Shown here: piece by piece, positions 17,673 through 27,206 of the stretch | Layout of the letters: every line of letters starts with the position of its first letter | Position numbering within the stretch: the stretch's first letter is position 1 | Assembly (NCBI GenBank): GCA_001793945.1 | Contig: MGIW01000003.1 | Coordinates: 65,630 to 129,629, forward strand | Direction of reading: 5' to 3' | Origin: Candidatus Wolfebacteria bacterium RIFOXYD12_FULL_48_21 | GTDB lineage: Bacteria; Patescibacteriota; Minisyncoccia; UBA6257; UBA9933 | DNA length: 64,000 nucleotides | The notes under the pieces: model-generated | What the model saw: only the letters and a program-made list of their open reading frames with translations | Databases searched by the model: none | Told to the model about the DNA's origin: nothing | Program-made: the position numbers and the translations under genes

Positions 17673-19070
17673 CTATAGATTCTCCGTAAAGAATGCCTTC
17701 AGCTCGTCGATCTTAATGCGCTTCTGTTCCATGGTATCGCGGTCGCGGACCGTTACGGTATTGTCTTCGAGCGTATCGAAGTCTACGGTGATGCAGTACG
17801 GCGTGCCGATCTCGTCCTGGCGGCGATACCGCTTGCCGATGTTGCCGCTGTCGTCGAACTCGGTCATCCAATCTTCGCGCAATGTTTCATACAATCCACG
17901 CGCCTTTTCTACCAGCTCAGGCCTGTTCTTTAATAACGGAAACACGGCGATTTTTATCGGCGCCAACCGCTTATCGAACTTAAGCACCGTTCGAACATCT
18001 CCCTCTCCTACTTCCTCCTCGGTGTAAGCGTTATCCAGGAACATCAGGACTAAACGGTTTAATCCTACTGATGTTTCCATAATATGTGGAATGAAGCGTT
18101 CATTCTTTTCTTGATCATAATAATCAAGCGTCACTCCCGAGTACTTTGCATGCTGAGAAAGATCCCAATCCCCTCGCGCATGAATGCCTTCCACTTCCTT
18201 GAAACCTCCTAATGAGCGGAAATTGAATTCGATATCATACGCCTGCGATGCATAGTGTGCCAGCTTATCATGCTTATGCCACATCAGTTTATCTTCCGGA
18301 ATCCCGTATTTCAAATACCAATTCCACCGCGCCTGATGCCACATTTCATACGACTCCTCCATTTGGCTCGGATGCAAGAAGTACTGCATTTCCATTTGCT
18401 CGAACTCGCGCGTACGAAAAATGAACTGGCGCGCGATGATCTCGTTGCGGAATGCCTTACCTACCTGCGCGATGCCAAACGGCAACTTCGGGTGAAGCGA
18501 GTCCACCATGTTCTTATATTCCAAATAAATGCCGCCGCAAGTTTCCGGGCGAAGATATACCACATTTTCCTCGGTAAGCGCGTCGGTCGGCGAACCGATG
18601 TTCGACTTTACCATCAACGAAAATTGTTTCGCAGGCGTTAGGTCGGTCGAGCCGCAGTTGACGCACTTTAACTTGCCTTCCGTCTTGAGCTTGTCCAATT
18701 CCTGATTGATGTATTCGATCGGAGCCTTGTCGGCGTTGATATCGAATGCCTCAAGCAAATGATCGGCGCGCATGCGCGTTTTGCACTTGCGGCAATCCAC
18801 CTGCGGATCATCAAACCCGCCCACATGGCCGGAAGCGACCCATGTTTTGGGGTGCATAAAAATGGCGCTATCCAAACCAAGGACATCGTCGCGCAACTGG
18901 ACCATGTGCTTCCACCACGCCTGCTGGATGTTGTTCTTCAATAGAATGCCGTAATGGCCGTAATCATAGATCGCGGCAAACCCGCCGTAGATTTCCGACG
19001 ACGGAAATACGAACCCCCTGCGCTTTGCCAGCGATACCAACTTATCGATCATGTGATCTTTCTTTTCCAT
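17673..19070 (-). CDS. glyQS: Glycine--tRNA ligase (dimeric class II type)
   Basis: Class II motifs and the GlyRS-specific N-terminus MEKKDHMIDKLVSLAKRRGFVFPSSEIYGG. 465 aa. Confidence 0.9.
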   Translation of the reverse strand: MEKKDHMIDKLVSLAKRRGFVFPSSEIYGGFAAIYDYGHYGILLKNNIQQAWWKHMVQLRDDVLGLDSAIFMHPKTWVASGHVGGFDDPQVDCRKCKTRMRADHLLEAFDINADKAPIEYINQELDKLKTEGKLKCVNCGSTDLTPAKQFSLMVKSNIGSPTDALTEENVVYLRPETCGGIYLEYKNMVDSLHPKLPFGIAQVGKAFRNEIIARQFIFRTREFEQMEMQYFLHPSQMEESYEMWHQARWNWYLKYGIPEDKLMWHKHDKLAHYASQAYDIEFNFRSLGGFKEVEGIHARGDWDLSQHAKYSGVTLDYYDQEKNERFIPHIMETSVGLNRLVLMFLDNAYTEEEVGEGDVRTVLKFDKRLAPIKIAVFPLLKNRPELVEKARGLYETLREDWMTEFDDSGNIGKRYRRQDEIGTPYCITVDFDTLEDNTVTVRDRDTMEQKRIKIDELKAFFTENL

Positions 19071-19114
19071 ATCTTGTTATATCAATAATCTACTTGCCTT
19101 GTCCACACTGATAC

Positions 19115-19228
19115 TACTGGATCCCTCCGTCGGAGCACCTGCCGGCAGGCAGGCAGGGCTTGCGGGCGAATGGGCTGTAATGGCACAGACGGCAGATTCC
19201 TCGACAAGCTCGGAATGACAATGCGGGG
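19115..19228. repeat. MITE-like repeat cluster
   Basis: GGATCCCTCCGTCGGAGCACCTGCCGGCAGGCAGG ... CTCGGAATGACAA. Confidence 0.55.
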
Positions 19229-19465
19229 AGAAAAGCCAATCCAGCTATGCAAAGGTGCAAACCCATGCGGTTGAAGGAGGATAAAGAGAGCCCTCCTCCC
19301 GATGCCGCATGGGTTTGCGCGACGGCCGCATGTGTTTTACTTTGTAAAACACATGAAGTTGGATGAAGCGCGAGGCGCGGGAAAATCGATGAGGAAGCTG
19401 TACAGAAGTACTGCGACCGAATCGATAGGGGCCCGCAACAAAGCGATTCGCCAACTTCATGTGTT

Positions 19466-21280
19466 TTACTTTATTCCACTTGTTTGCAACCCCCTCACCT
19501 GCCTTGTTATTACTGCGCCCGTAAAGTCATCCACGGCGGTCAATGCGAAGTCTTTTGTAACATCGATCGTTCCGGTTTGCGTGATGTTCGGCGTTATTTC
19601 TATCTGAAAGGTTGCTTCCGTCGGCGATCCGATCACTCCCTTCGTCGCGACCACTTTGTCGATTGTCCATGCTATTTCGCCTGTGCGGTCATTGAAGACC
19701 GGCACCGATCCGTTACTCCCCTTTGCATTCCCCGTCCATGTGACGCCCGGTTGCAAGGAGCTCAATATCTTTATATCGCGCATGTCGGTGGCGTAGTTTT
19801 TAAGCGTCAGCGTTATGGTATATTTCGACGCCCTGTTCGCCTGCGGCAACGGGGTGCCCGGCAACCGCTCAACTTTCGCAAACAGCTCTATATTCCCGCC
19901 CACCTTTACCTCGCTTTCTGCAAAGCCTACCGTTCTGTCACTCGCTACCGCATAGGGAACCGTAGGCGAATTGATCTCTCCCGCAACCCGCAACAGATAG
20001 TTTTTATCAAAGAGCCTTTTGATCGGGTAGGCTTGCTTTGTCTGTATGCTAAAATCCACGCTTCCTTCCGCACCCGGAGCGATCAACTTCAACTCCGGCA
20101 CGGCCGAAGCGTTCCATGTCAAAACATTGGTGATCGAATTGAACGAACCCCTGCTTCGCACCGAAGGCATGTCGAACATTTCCCCGCGCAATTTCACGAC
20201 CACGATCGCATCGCTCAAACCAACATCCGTATTGTTTTTATATTTCAGCACATAAGAAATCGTATCATCTGTCTTTGCCACATACGCCGGATCGTTGTTC
20301 GCAACGATCTCAAGGCTGAGCGGAGATGCGGCAATGCCGATATTTGCCGTCTTTTCGTTGATGACATATTCGCGTCCGTTGATCATAACGACCACCTGAC
20401 TCTTTAACTCAAAGAACTCCTGGCTCGCTCCCTCGAATATGCCTTTGACCAATATCTCTTTTTCTTCCTGCGGTTTCAATTGCCCCACGACCCATGTTGC
20501 ATCGCCAATGTCCGCCTTTACCGAAGCGCTTTTGATTGCAACCTTCGGCGGAATGATCAGCCTGATCTGCGCATTCGAAAAATCTACGGTGGAAATATTG
20601 CGATACCGCATACCGGCGTCAAAGTTCTCCGTACTGAACACATTTTGTGGAGTCGTGAAATCGAGCGAAATGGCCGGCTGCCCGACACGCACCTCCAATG
20701 TTTCTTCACGCTCGAACCGTGTGTTTATCTTCTGCGGTAAATAGGAAAAGTTCACATCCAGCTTTTTTGTCGACTGTTCATCCTTTACCACTACCACCGA
20801 ATAGGTCCGTTCTATCATGTCGCCGGCGCTAAGGTCGCCCACCGAATCTTCAATCGCTTGCCGTTCCGTGCCGGCGTCCATGGCTATGATGCCGTCGGGC
20901 AATGTTACAAATACCCTTCCGTCGCGGAGCGTTACCTGTGATTTGTTTTCAATGGTGACCGTTATATCGAACGGTTGGGCGATCAAAATAGCGTCGACCG
21001 TTGCCGCATCGAACACAAGGTCCTTTGTTTTATAAAACGCAGAAATGTAATAGTAGGCAACGCTTCCCACGATCGCAATCGCCAGCAATGAACCGATCAC
21101 GACCCACTTTGCCGTGCCCTTCTTTGCTTGCCCCGCTGGCTTGCCGGCTTCATCTTCCGCAGCCCAATCGCTCGCCACACGCGGTCGTTCTTTTTTTACT
21201 TGTATCGCTTCTGCCGGATGCTCGGCGTCTTCTTTCCTATCGAGACCGTATAATTTTTTTTCAAGTTCTTCTAATGACAT
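19466..21280 (-). CDS. Membrane-anchored extracellular repeat protein (DUF11/Ig-like repeats), function unknown
   Basis: Cytoplasmic N-terminus, a single TM helix (WVVIGSLLAIAIVGSVAYYYI), then ~500 aa of beta-rich repeated segments. Confidence 0.4.
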   Translation of the reverse strand: MSLEELEKKLYGLDRKEDAEHPAEAIQVKKERPRVASDWAAEDEAGKPAGQAKKGTAKWVVIGSLLAIAIVGSVAYYYISAFYKTKDLVFDAATVDAILIAQPFDITVTIENKSQVTLRDGRVFVTLPDGIIAMDAGTERQAIEDSVGDLSAGDMIERTYSVVVVKDEQSTKKLDVNFSYLPQKINTRFEREETLEVRVGQPAISLDFTTPQNVFSTENFDAGMRYRNISTVDFSNAQIRLIIPPKVAIKSASVKADIGDATWVVGQLKPQEEKEILVKGIFEGASQEFFELKSQVVVMINGREYVINEKTANIGIAASPLSLEIVANNDPAYVAKTDDTISYVLKYKNNTDVGLSDAIVVVKLRGEMFDMPSVRSRGSFNSITNVLTWNASAVPELKLIAPGAEGSVDFSIQTKQAYPIKRLFDKNYLLRVAGEINSPTVPYAVASDRTVGFAESEVKVGGNIELFAKVERLPGTPLPQANRASKYTITLTLKNYATDMRDIKILSSLQPGVTWTGNAKGSNGSVPVFNDRTGEIAWTIDKVVATKGVIGSPTEATFQIEITPNITQTGTIDVTKDFALTAVDDFTGAVITRQVRGLQTSGIK

Positions 21281-21296
21281 GGATAAAAAATGTAAC

Positions 21297-21388
21297 TTGT
21301 CATCCTGAGCGTATCCGTCAGCTGACGGAGGAGCCGAAGGATCTGCAGCAGATTCCTCGACAGGCTCGGAATGACAATACGATATATC
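21297..21388. repeat. MITE-like repeat
   Basis: TGTCATCCTGAGCGTATCCGTCAGCTGACGGAGGAGCCGAAGGATCTGCAGCAGATTCCTCGACAGGCTCGGAATGACAA. Confidence 0.6.
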
Positions 21389-21405
21389 TCACAACCTCAT
21401 ATAAA

Positions 21406-21960
21406 CTATACTAATGATACCGCATTTGCGCCTGTTTTTGAAGCACACTCGGCGCAATAAAATCCGTGGTCGTCGTGCAAAAAATGCGCCACGCTTGCGC
21501 ACGCGCATGCGTTACATGTAGCGTACTGCGGATCGAAACCAAATGCCTTCAATAGAAACCGATACATTGTCGCCTCGTCCACTTCAACCTCGGCGAGCCG
21601 TTTGATTATGTGCCACAGATATTGATCGGGGTGCAATTCGCGGGTCATTCTATCGATGAACTCCGCCATGGCCAACAGCACGCCGCAATGGCGCGTGCTT
21701 TTTTTCTTGTCTCGAACCGATATCTCATGGTGTGGTAGCACATCTATGATCTGAAAGTAGCCGCTCTTCATATGCATAAGCCGAACGCGTACGAAATTGA
21801 ACGGCTCCAAGTGGGCGCTTGATTTTGAAAGTATTTTCTTCAGCCCTCGCGCGCGCGCCGATATTTTCCCCAACTCTTCGGTGTACAGCCGAACCATGCC
21901 ATCGTGCTCACGAAAGTCGCTTTTATCCAGCACAAATGCTTCGGTATAATGCTCGGTCAT
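21406..21960 (-). CDS. recO: DNA repair protein RecO
   Basis: N-terminal OB-fold region (AFVLDKSDFREHDGMVRLYTEELGKISARARG) and C-terminal zinc finger CNACA...CAECA. The ORF's 62-aa N-terminal extension is likely spurious. Confidence 0.7.
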   Translation of the reverse strand: MTEHYTEAFVLDKSDFREHDGMVRLYTEELGKISARARGLKKILSKSSAHLEPFNFVRVRLMHMKSGYFQIIDVLPHHEISVRDKKKSTRHCGVLLAMAEFIDRMTRELHPDQYLWHIIKRLAEVEVDEATMYRFLLKAFGFDPQYATCNACACASVAHFLHDDHGFYCAECASKTGANAVSLV

Positions 21961-22127
21961 ATGAATAGTATATGGCATGAGAGAGAAATAAGGTATGATG
22001 GAGGGTATAAAGTATACAGTATGAGGTATAAGGTATGGGAGGGGGAGTTTAGGTAGAGAGCATGAGGTAGTAGGTATACGGTATGGGATGGGTGGAATAA
22101 CTAATAACGGGATGTGGCAGGATGACA

Positions 22128-22332
22128 TACTCCCCTGTGTTGTCATTCCGGCGAAGGCCGGGGTCCAGTTCCATACTCTCTGGATACCGGCTTTCGCCGG
22201 GATGACACCCCCGTATTGTCATCCCGAGTGCAGCGGAGCGAAATCGAGGGATCTGCATACTACAGATTCCTCGGCTTCGCAGAGTACCCTGCCTACCGGC
22301 AGGCAGGTGCTTCGTTCGGAATGACAATGCCG
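22128..22332. repeat. MITE-like repeat cluster (three to four units)
   Basis: TGTCATTCCGGCGAAGGCCGGGGTCCAG, GGATACCGGCTTTCGCCGGGATGACA, TGTCATCCCGAGTGCAGCGGAGCGAAATCGAGGGATCTG, CGGAATGACAA. Confidence 0.6.
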
Positions 22333-22422
22333 AGGAACAGAAATAAGAGGCGAGAGGTACGGGGTGGGATACGAGATACGAAGTAAGAGGTGAGAGGTAC
22401 GAGAAAGAAAAAAGAGGGGGGT

Positions 22423-22460
22423 TGACAAGTTAATTTAAATAATGTATAAAGTATACAGAT
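22423..22460 (+). promoter_or_regulatory. Putative sigma70 promoter of the two-gene small-protein operon
   Basis: TTGACAagttaatttaaataatgTATAAA, followed by RBS GGAGG. Confidence 0.5.
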
Positions 22461-22497
22461 ACGCTTTACAATCCCATATCCTTTCAAGGAGGCAACT

Positions 22498-22815
22498 ATG
22501 ATTGCAAACCGCATGAGACTTAAGAGATTATCCACGATGTGCTCCTGTGGCGGATGGCTTATCGCCATCGGGTTCATCATTTGTTTCGTGGGCATGTTCT
22601 ACTCGAGGCCCGAAACGGCCGATGTGCTTGACCCCATGTTGGAAACCACGCAGGACGCGTGGCTGCTATTCATGGAGACCCACAGCTTCGACATAAGCCT
22701 CGGCGGGGTCGCACTGATGTTCATTGGCGCGGGCGTGATGTGCCTTGCCGATACGAACATGATGCACACCAAGAATAAGCTTATCGGCAAATGGCAGTGG
22801 AGGGTGTTGCTATGA
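22498..22815 (+). CDS. Small two-TM membrane protein, unknown function
   Basis: Good promoter (TTGACA-17-TATAAA at 22423-22460) and RBS caaGGAGGcaactATG. Two hydrophobic helices. Confidence 0.4.
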   Translation: MIANRMRLKRLSTMCSCGGWLIAIGFIICFVGMFYSRPETADVLDPMLETTQDAWLLFMETHSFDISLGGVALMFIGAGVMCLADTNMMHTKNKLIGKWQWRVLL

Positions 22816-23084
22816 TCGCCGGGGAATATGCCCGGGATACCAAGAACACCCCGCCGAACTGGGTTGAGATCGTGCATGGATGCACGGTCATCAAGTTCAT
22901 ACGGCAGGGCAAGGAGGTGCATGCCTCCTCGCGCTACTCCTTGAAGGAGTGCCGCGGAAGGACAAGCACCTACCTGCCTCCCGCGGAGTTCGAGGAGTGT
23001 CGCCGCATGGCATGCTCCATCCTCCACCCCTACTGCCGTCAGATTCGCGCTCGTCCCCATTGGATGGACGAGATAGATGATTGA
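22791..23084 (+). CDS. Hypothetical small Cys/His-rich protein (second gene of a two-gene operon)
   Basis: Overlaps the upstream gene's stop. Followed by intrinsic terminator at 23096-23127. GC-rich relative to surroundings. Confidence 0.35.
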   Translation: MAVEGVAMIAGEYARDTKNTPPNWVEIVHGCTVIKFIRQGKEVHASSRYSLKECRGRTSTYLPPAEFEECRRMACSILHPYCRQIRARPHWMDEIDD

Positions 23085-23095
23085 CGACCAAGAAG

Positions 23096-23127
23096 CCAAA
23101 TGGCCCGCACATGCGGGCCATTTTTTA
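23096..23127 (+). terminator. Intrinsic terminator after small-protein operon
   Basis: AAATGGCCCGCACATGCGGGCCATTTTTTATT. Confidence 0.75.
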
Positions 23128-23133
23128 TTATCC

Positions 23134-23556
23134 TTACAGACCGAAAACGATCGATGTCTGATATATGCCGTCTTTTCGGGCGATATGCACATCCTGATGC
23201 GTTACCGCCTTAATATCCTGCTCGAACGCAGGCACGATGTAACGGTGCATGGCTGCCTCTACTATCAGTTTGTCTTGCGCGCTGCTTAGCGTTGCGGTCC
23301 CGGGAATGAACACTGAACGCTCCGCATGGCTGCGGGTCAGCAGTTCGTTCAGCAGGTCCACCAGTGCCGCATCCCTGTCTACCGATTCCACGCGAATATG
23401 CTCCGTCGAAGCAATGTTCGCATAGCGATTGGGCGACAATATATCCGCCAGCGCTTCGGCCGCATTCACGAACAAATGCTCGACCGTATCACCGGACACT
23501 TGTATGCGCAGTTCCGCAGGGTTGCTTAGCTCCCGATGTGTTTTCATATGGTTCAT
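23134..23556 (-). CDS. Archease-like protein
   Basis: N-terminal ELRIQVSGDTVEHLFVNAAEALADIL and C-terminal IKAVTHQDVHIARKDG resemble archease conserved blocks. 140 aa. Confidence 0.5.
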   Translation of the reverse strand: MNHMKTHRELSNPAELRIQVSGDTVEHLFVNAAEALADILSPNRYANIASTEHIRVESVDRDAALVDLLNELLTRSHAERSVFIPGTATLSSAQDKLIVEAAMHRYIVPAFEQDIKAVTHQDVHIARKDGIYQTSIVFGL

Positions 23557-23635
23557 TATACCATTATTTTACCCGACAAAGGTATAAGGTATACGGTATG
23601 AGGTATGGGAGGGGAATTTCTAATAAGGATACAGG

Positions 23636-23800
23636 GAAAGTGTCACCCCGGCCCGTTCGGCAGGCTCAGGGTAAAACTCTGGCCGGGGTCCAGAGTTTTC
23701 TGCAGTAGCACCGCTTCGTGTCTGAGACTCTGGATCCCGTGTCCCCGCATCGTGGTACGGGGCAGGCTGTGCACGGGATGACAATGCGGAGAGAGATGAC
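23636..23800. repeat. MITE-like repeat cluster
   Basis: TGTCACCCCGGCCCGTTCGGCAGGCTCAGGG ... GGATCCCGTGTCCCCGCATCGTGGTACGGGGCAGGCTGTGCACGGGATGACAA. Confidence 0.5.
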
Positions 23801-23805
23801 AATTC

Positions 23806-25158
23806 TCATAATTTCCTCAACTCCTCCTCCACGATCTTCCGCTCGTCCCATGGGATGCGTTTTTCATTTTCGACCACCATTACCGTTTCACCGCCTTTTC
23901 CGGTAAGCACCACTGCATCGCCCGGCTGTGCCAGGGCAATCGCCTTGCGGATGGCTTCCCTACGATCAATGATCTCGTGAATATTTCCTTTTACGAGCGG
24001 CGCATGGTCGATGCCCTTTCGTATGTCGGCGATGATGCCTTTTTGATCTTCGTCGTACGGATCGTCGTTGGTGAGTATGACCTCATCGCAATACTGTGCG
24101 GCTATTTGCCCCATGACGGGCCGCTTCCATGTGTCGCGCCCTCCACCCGTAGCGCCGAATACGCAGATCAATTTTCCGCCCGTTTGCTTGATCCCCGTTT
24201 CGGTTGCCGCCTTATAGATTGCTTCGAGGCTTTTCTGCTCATGCGCATAATCTACAACAATGGCAAAGCCTTTGTTGTTCGGTACCAGTTCCATGCGCCC
24301 GGGAACGCCCGTAAAGTTCTCCAAACTCTTGCGCACCTGTTCCAGCGAAATGTTTTGCGAAAGCGCAACACAGATGGCCGCCCCCGCGTTTTGCACATTG
24401 AACTCGCCCAGCAACGGAAGCGTAAAATGTTCGTTCTTTACATCAAACTCCGAACCCGATGCATGCAAATGCACATTCTTCAGTTCCACCATGCGCCGTG
24501 AGCGTTCATAGGCGTGCGTAACATCGTGCGAGAATGTGTACCCGTATTGCACTTCTTGCGGTATGCCCAAAAAATGCGCTACATTTTCATCGTCGAAATT
24601 ATATACTCCAACGCTCCGTTTTTTGCGGGCCAGCTTGCCGAACAATTTCATCTTTGCCGCGCGATAATTTTCAAACCCTTTGTGCCGATCCAAATGTTCC
24701 GGCGACAGATTCAAAAATACGGCGACATCATAATCAACGAATGTATGCCGAAACTGCATGATGCCTTCCGACGATGTTTCCACTACCGCATATTCGCACC
24801 CTGCATCGGCCATACGGCGCAACATCTTTTGCAATTGAAACCGCCCGAGCATGGTCTGCTTTGCTTCGTTGCGCCACACCTTTTCCCCGATGCGAAAATT
24901 GACCGTGGTCGTCATGCCCGTTTTATGGCCCGCTTCCTGCAGCACATGCGCGATCATGTTGCATGCCGTCGTTTTTCCTTTCGTGCCCGTGACACCGATA
25001 ACCGTCATGCTTCGCGACGGAAACCAATAGAGCAACGCACCCGCGAACGCAAGTAGGAAATGATACGCCGGGCGAAAGAACTCGAACACCGGCCGCGGAA
25101 TGACCCGCCGCCCAATGCGCAACAATTCATTTTTCATGTTTCTTTTTTCTTGCTTCAT
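23806..25158 (-). CDS. murE: Mur ligase family protein (MurE/MurT-like UDP-MurNAc-peptide ligase)
   Basis: ATP-binding P-loop GVTGTKGKTT with a short N-terminal region. Mur-ligase central and C-terminal domains (DYAHE motif). Confidence 0.65.
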   Translation of the reverse strand: MKQEKRNMKNELLRIGRRVIPRPVFEFFRPAYHFLLAFAGALLYWFPSRSMTVIGVTGTKGKTTACNMIAHVLQEAGHKTGMTTTVNFRIGEKVWRNEAKQTMLGRFQLQKMLRRMADAGCEYAVVETSSEGIMQFRHTFVDYDVAVFLNLSPEHLDRHKGFENYRAAKMKLFGKLARKKRSVGVYNFDDENVAHFLGIPQEVQYGYTFSHDVTHAYERSRRMVELKNVHLHASGSEFDVKNEHFTLPLLGEFNVQNAGAAICVALSQNISLEQVRKSLENFTGVPGRMELVPNNKGFAIVVDYAHEQKSLEAIYKAATETGIKQTGGKLICVFGATGGGRDTWKRPVMGQIAAQYCDEVILTNDDPYDEDQKGIIADIRKGIDHAPLVKGNIHEIIDRREAIRKAIALAQPGDAVVLTGKGGETVMVVENEKRIPWDERKIVEEELRKL

Positions 25159-25696
25159 ATAATACTATGCTTGCCATTACGATGCCGGCACCAATGATGT
25201 TCATAAGCATATCGTCTGCGACATCGGGCCCGTTGCCAAGGCGCAGCATTTTCCCATGCACCCATGCGTCTTCCAGCCATTCTTCCACTTCATATGCCGT
25301 GCCGAGTAAGCTCGTTACGCCGACCACGAACCATACCTGCATACTTGGGCGCAATACACTTAGCGCACGCTCGGCGAGCACATAAACAAGATACGCAACC
25401 ACCGCCCCGCCGATCACATGCAATGCCCTATCGTACCATATGATCCGCGAATATAGCCGAAACACATCCCCTGCCATATCCAGCAGCACGGCCATGACCG
25501 CTATCGGCAATGCGATGCGTAACTTTTTTTCGTTTCCCGCTTTTCCGAACAGCAATTCGATCGACGCCCATGCCACGCCCGATGTAATGATCAGCCCAAA
25601 CCAGCTAAAATCCAACGGCACGCGCAACACGCCAAACCCGTTCAACAGTTCAAAAAGGATCACTATGGCGAATACTATTCTTGCGATGAAAATCAT
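25127..25696 (-). CDS. Hypothetical polytopic membrane protein
   Basis: 5-6 TM helices. The ORF N-terminal extension overlaps a MITE, so start assumed at MIFIARIV. Confidence 0.4.
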   Translation of the reverse strand: MIFIARIVFAIVILFELLNGFGVLRVPLDFSWFGLIITSGVAWASIELLFGKAGNEKKLRIALPIAVMAVLLDMAGDVFRLYSRIIWYDRALHVIGGAVVAYLVYVLAERALSVLRPSMQVWFVVGVTSLLGTAYEVEEWLEDAWVHGKMLRLGNGPDVADDMLMNIIGAGIVMASIVLYEARKKKHEK

Positions 25697-25715
25697 GCGT
25701 ATCTTTTTTATTCCC

Positions 25716-25776
25716 CTGTCATTCCCGTCCACCACCTGCCGGCAGGCAGGCGCTCCGCTCGGAATGACAATCGCTT
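25716..25776. repeat. MITE-like repeat
   Basis: TGTCATTCCCGTCCACCACCTGCCGGCAGGCAGGCGCTCCGCTCGGAATGACAA. Confidence 0.6.
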
Positions 25777-25777
25777 C

Positions 25778-26362
25778 TTATTGCTTATGTCCGCTGATCA
25801 ACTTGAGCGCCGCCTTTAAACGATCTTCTGTTCCGCGTGTTTCGGACGACATCGCCTTGAGCGCTTCGTCTATATCACGCTGTTTGTATCCCAAATGCTT
25901 TAGCGCCGCCTTGATGTCTTTGTCTCCTTCGTGAAACTCCACCGATTCTCCGGCACCCATTTTTTTAATCTTATCACGCAATTCGAGCACAATGCGATCC
26001 GCCTTCTTTTTCCCGACGCCCGGGAACTCCGCCAATGCATCGGACTTTTTTTGTTCTATCGCGGCCACCAATGTATCGGTACCTACTATTCCCACTATTC
26101 CTTGCGCCGTCTTGGGCCCCACCCCGCCAACCGTCATCAACAGTTCGCACATTTCCAGATCGCGTTCATCCGCAAATCCGTACAGCTCGATTCCGTCCTT
26201 TTTCACCGCCGTAATGCAAAACACCCGCGCGATAGACCCCACTGGCGACAATGCCGCGCTGTCGCGACCGGCAAGCGAAACGCGAAATCCGATCCCGTTC
26301 GCTTCTATAACCGCCCATGTTTCTTTTTTTGCGACAATGGTGCCGCTCAGCGAGTAGATCAT
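25778..26362 (-). CDS. ruvA: Holliday junction branch migration protein RuvA
   Basis: MIYSLSGTIV OB-fold N-terminus, central helix-hairpin-helix motifs (GVGPKTA) and C-terminal domain. Confidence 0.8.
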   Translation of the reverse strand: MIYSLSGTIVAKKETWAVIEANGIGFRVSLAGRDSAALSPVGSIARVFCITAVKKDGIELYGFADERDLEMCELLMTVGGVGPKTAQGIVGIVGTDTLVAAIEQKKSDALAEFPGVGKKKADRIVLELRDKIKKMGAGESVEFHEGDKDIKAALKHLGYKQRDIDEALKAMSSETRGTEDRLKAALKLISGHKQ

Positions 26363-26506
26363 TACAACCAGTATACTGTTACCAGCGCCATGCGACAAGG
26401 AAATTTCCACCCTGCTGGACAATCCCCCTGTTTAGGTTTACTTTGATTGAGCACCTTTACATTCCCGAACGCTCTCGGGGTATATAACATTCGCAAGGAG
26501 TTTTCC

Positions 26507-27079
26507 ATGAAGAAACCTTTGGCTCCTCCACCCGGTACCGCATCCGGCCCGCTTCATATTTACCGAGGGAACGATGCGCGCGTTGGCATCTTCATTGATG
26601 CCGAAAATCTGTTCATCTCGCTTCAGCAAAGTTCTCCCAGTAAAGCACGCCCCAGAAAGCTCAATTATCGGAAGATCCTTGAGCGTTGCCTTAGTGGTCG
26701 CACGGCATATTGTGCCCGTTTTTATGACATTACATCGGAATACCAGCCCGGAAAGGTGGCATTCTTTACCGCCATCGAACAGCATTTCGAAGTGCTTACC
26801 AAGCCGTTACGCACCTACCCCGACGGGGCTACCAAAGGCGACTGGGATATCGGAATCGCCGTAGATATGATCGACATGGCTACCAAGCTCGATGTCGTCG
26901 TACTTGGCTCCGGAGATGGAGACTTTATTCCGGTGGTCAAATATTTGCAACAAAAAAAGCATTGCCGCGTAGAAGGGATTTCTTTTGGGCACAGTACCCA
27001 TCCCGATCTTCTCAAAGCACTTGATTCGCATATCGATCTCGCCGCGAATGCAGCGGCTAATTTGTACAAAAAATGGTGA
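26507..27079 (+). CDS. NYN-domain (LabA/DUF88-like) putative RNase
   Basis: Motifs VGIFIDAENL and DVVVLGSGDGDF are characteristic of NYN/LabA PIN-like domains. Terminator at 27081-27118. Confidence 0.65.
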   Translation: MKKPLAPPPGTASGPLHIYRGNDARVGIFIDAENLFISLQQSSPSKARPRKLNYRKILERCLSGRTAYCARFYDITSEYQPGKVAFFTAIEQHFEVLTKPLRTYPDGATKGDWDIGIAVDMIDMATKLDVVVLGSGDGDFIPVVKYLQQKKHCRVEGISFGHSTHPDLLKALDSHIDLAANAAANLYKKW

Positions 27080-27080
27080 T

Positions 27081-27118
27081 CGTTTAAAAAACCGACAGAG
27101 GCGTCTGTCGGTTTTTTG
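27081..27118 (+). terminator. Intrinsic terminator after NYN gene
   Basis: AAAAAACCGACAGAGGCGTCTGTCGGTTTTTTG. Confidence 0.75.
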
Positions 27119-27206
27119 TTGCTTGACATATTTACTTTATTGGTGTTTACTATACACAGAACATACGCCCAATCCCGGGCCAAACAATTTTATATGGAGG
27201 TGTACC

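Noticed and set aside
19330-19480. Perfect palindrome CATGTGTTTTAC-TTT-GTAAAACACATG and its partial direct copy, as a regulatory operator
   Set aside because: Possibly a TF site or terminator between glyQS and the DUF11-like gene. It occurs only here in the window and I have no way to support function, so I mention it only as a rejected or low-priority item.
21961-22146. N-terminal extensions of recO, holB, rpsO, rseP, ruvA, pnp and the 25127 membrane gene as annotated in the ORF track
   Set aside because: The extensions run through MITE or intergenic sequence, are Pro/low-complexity, and have no homology. Conserved protein N-termini start at internal Met codons with better RBS context.
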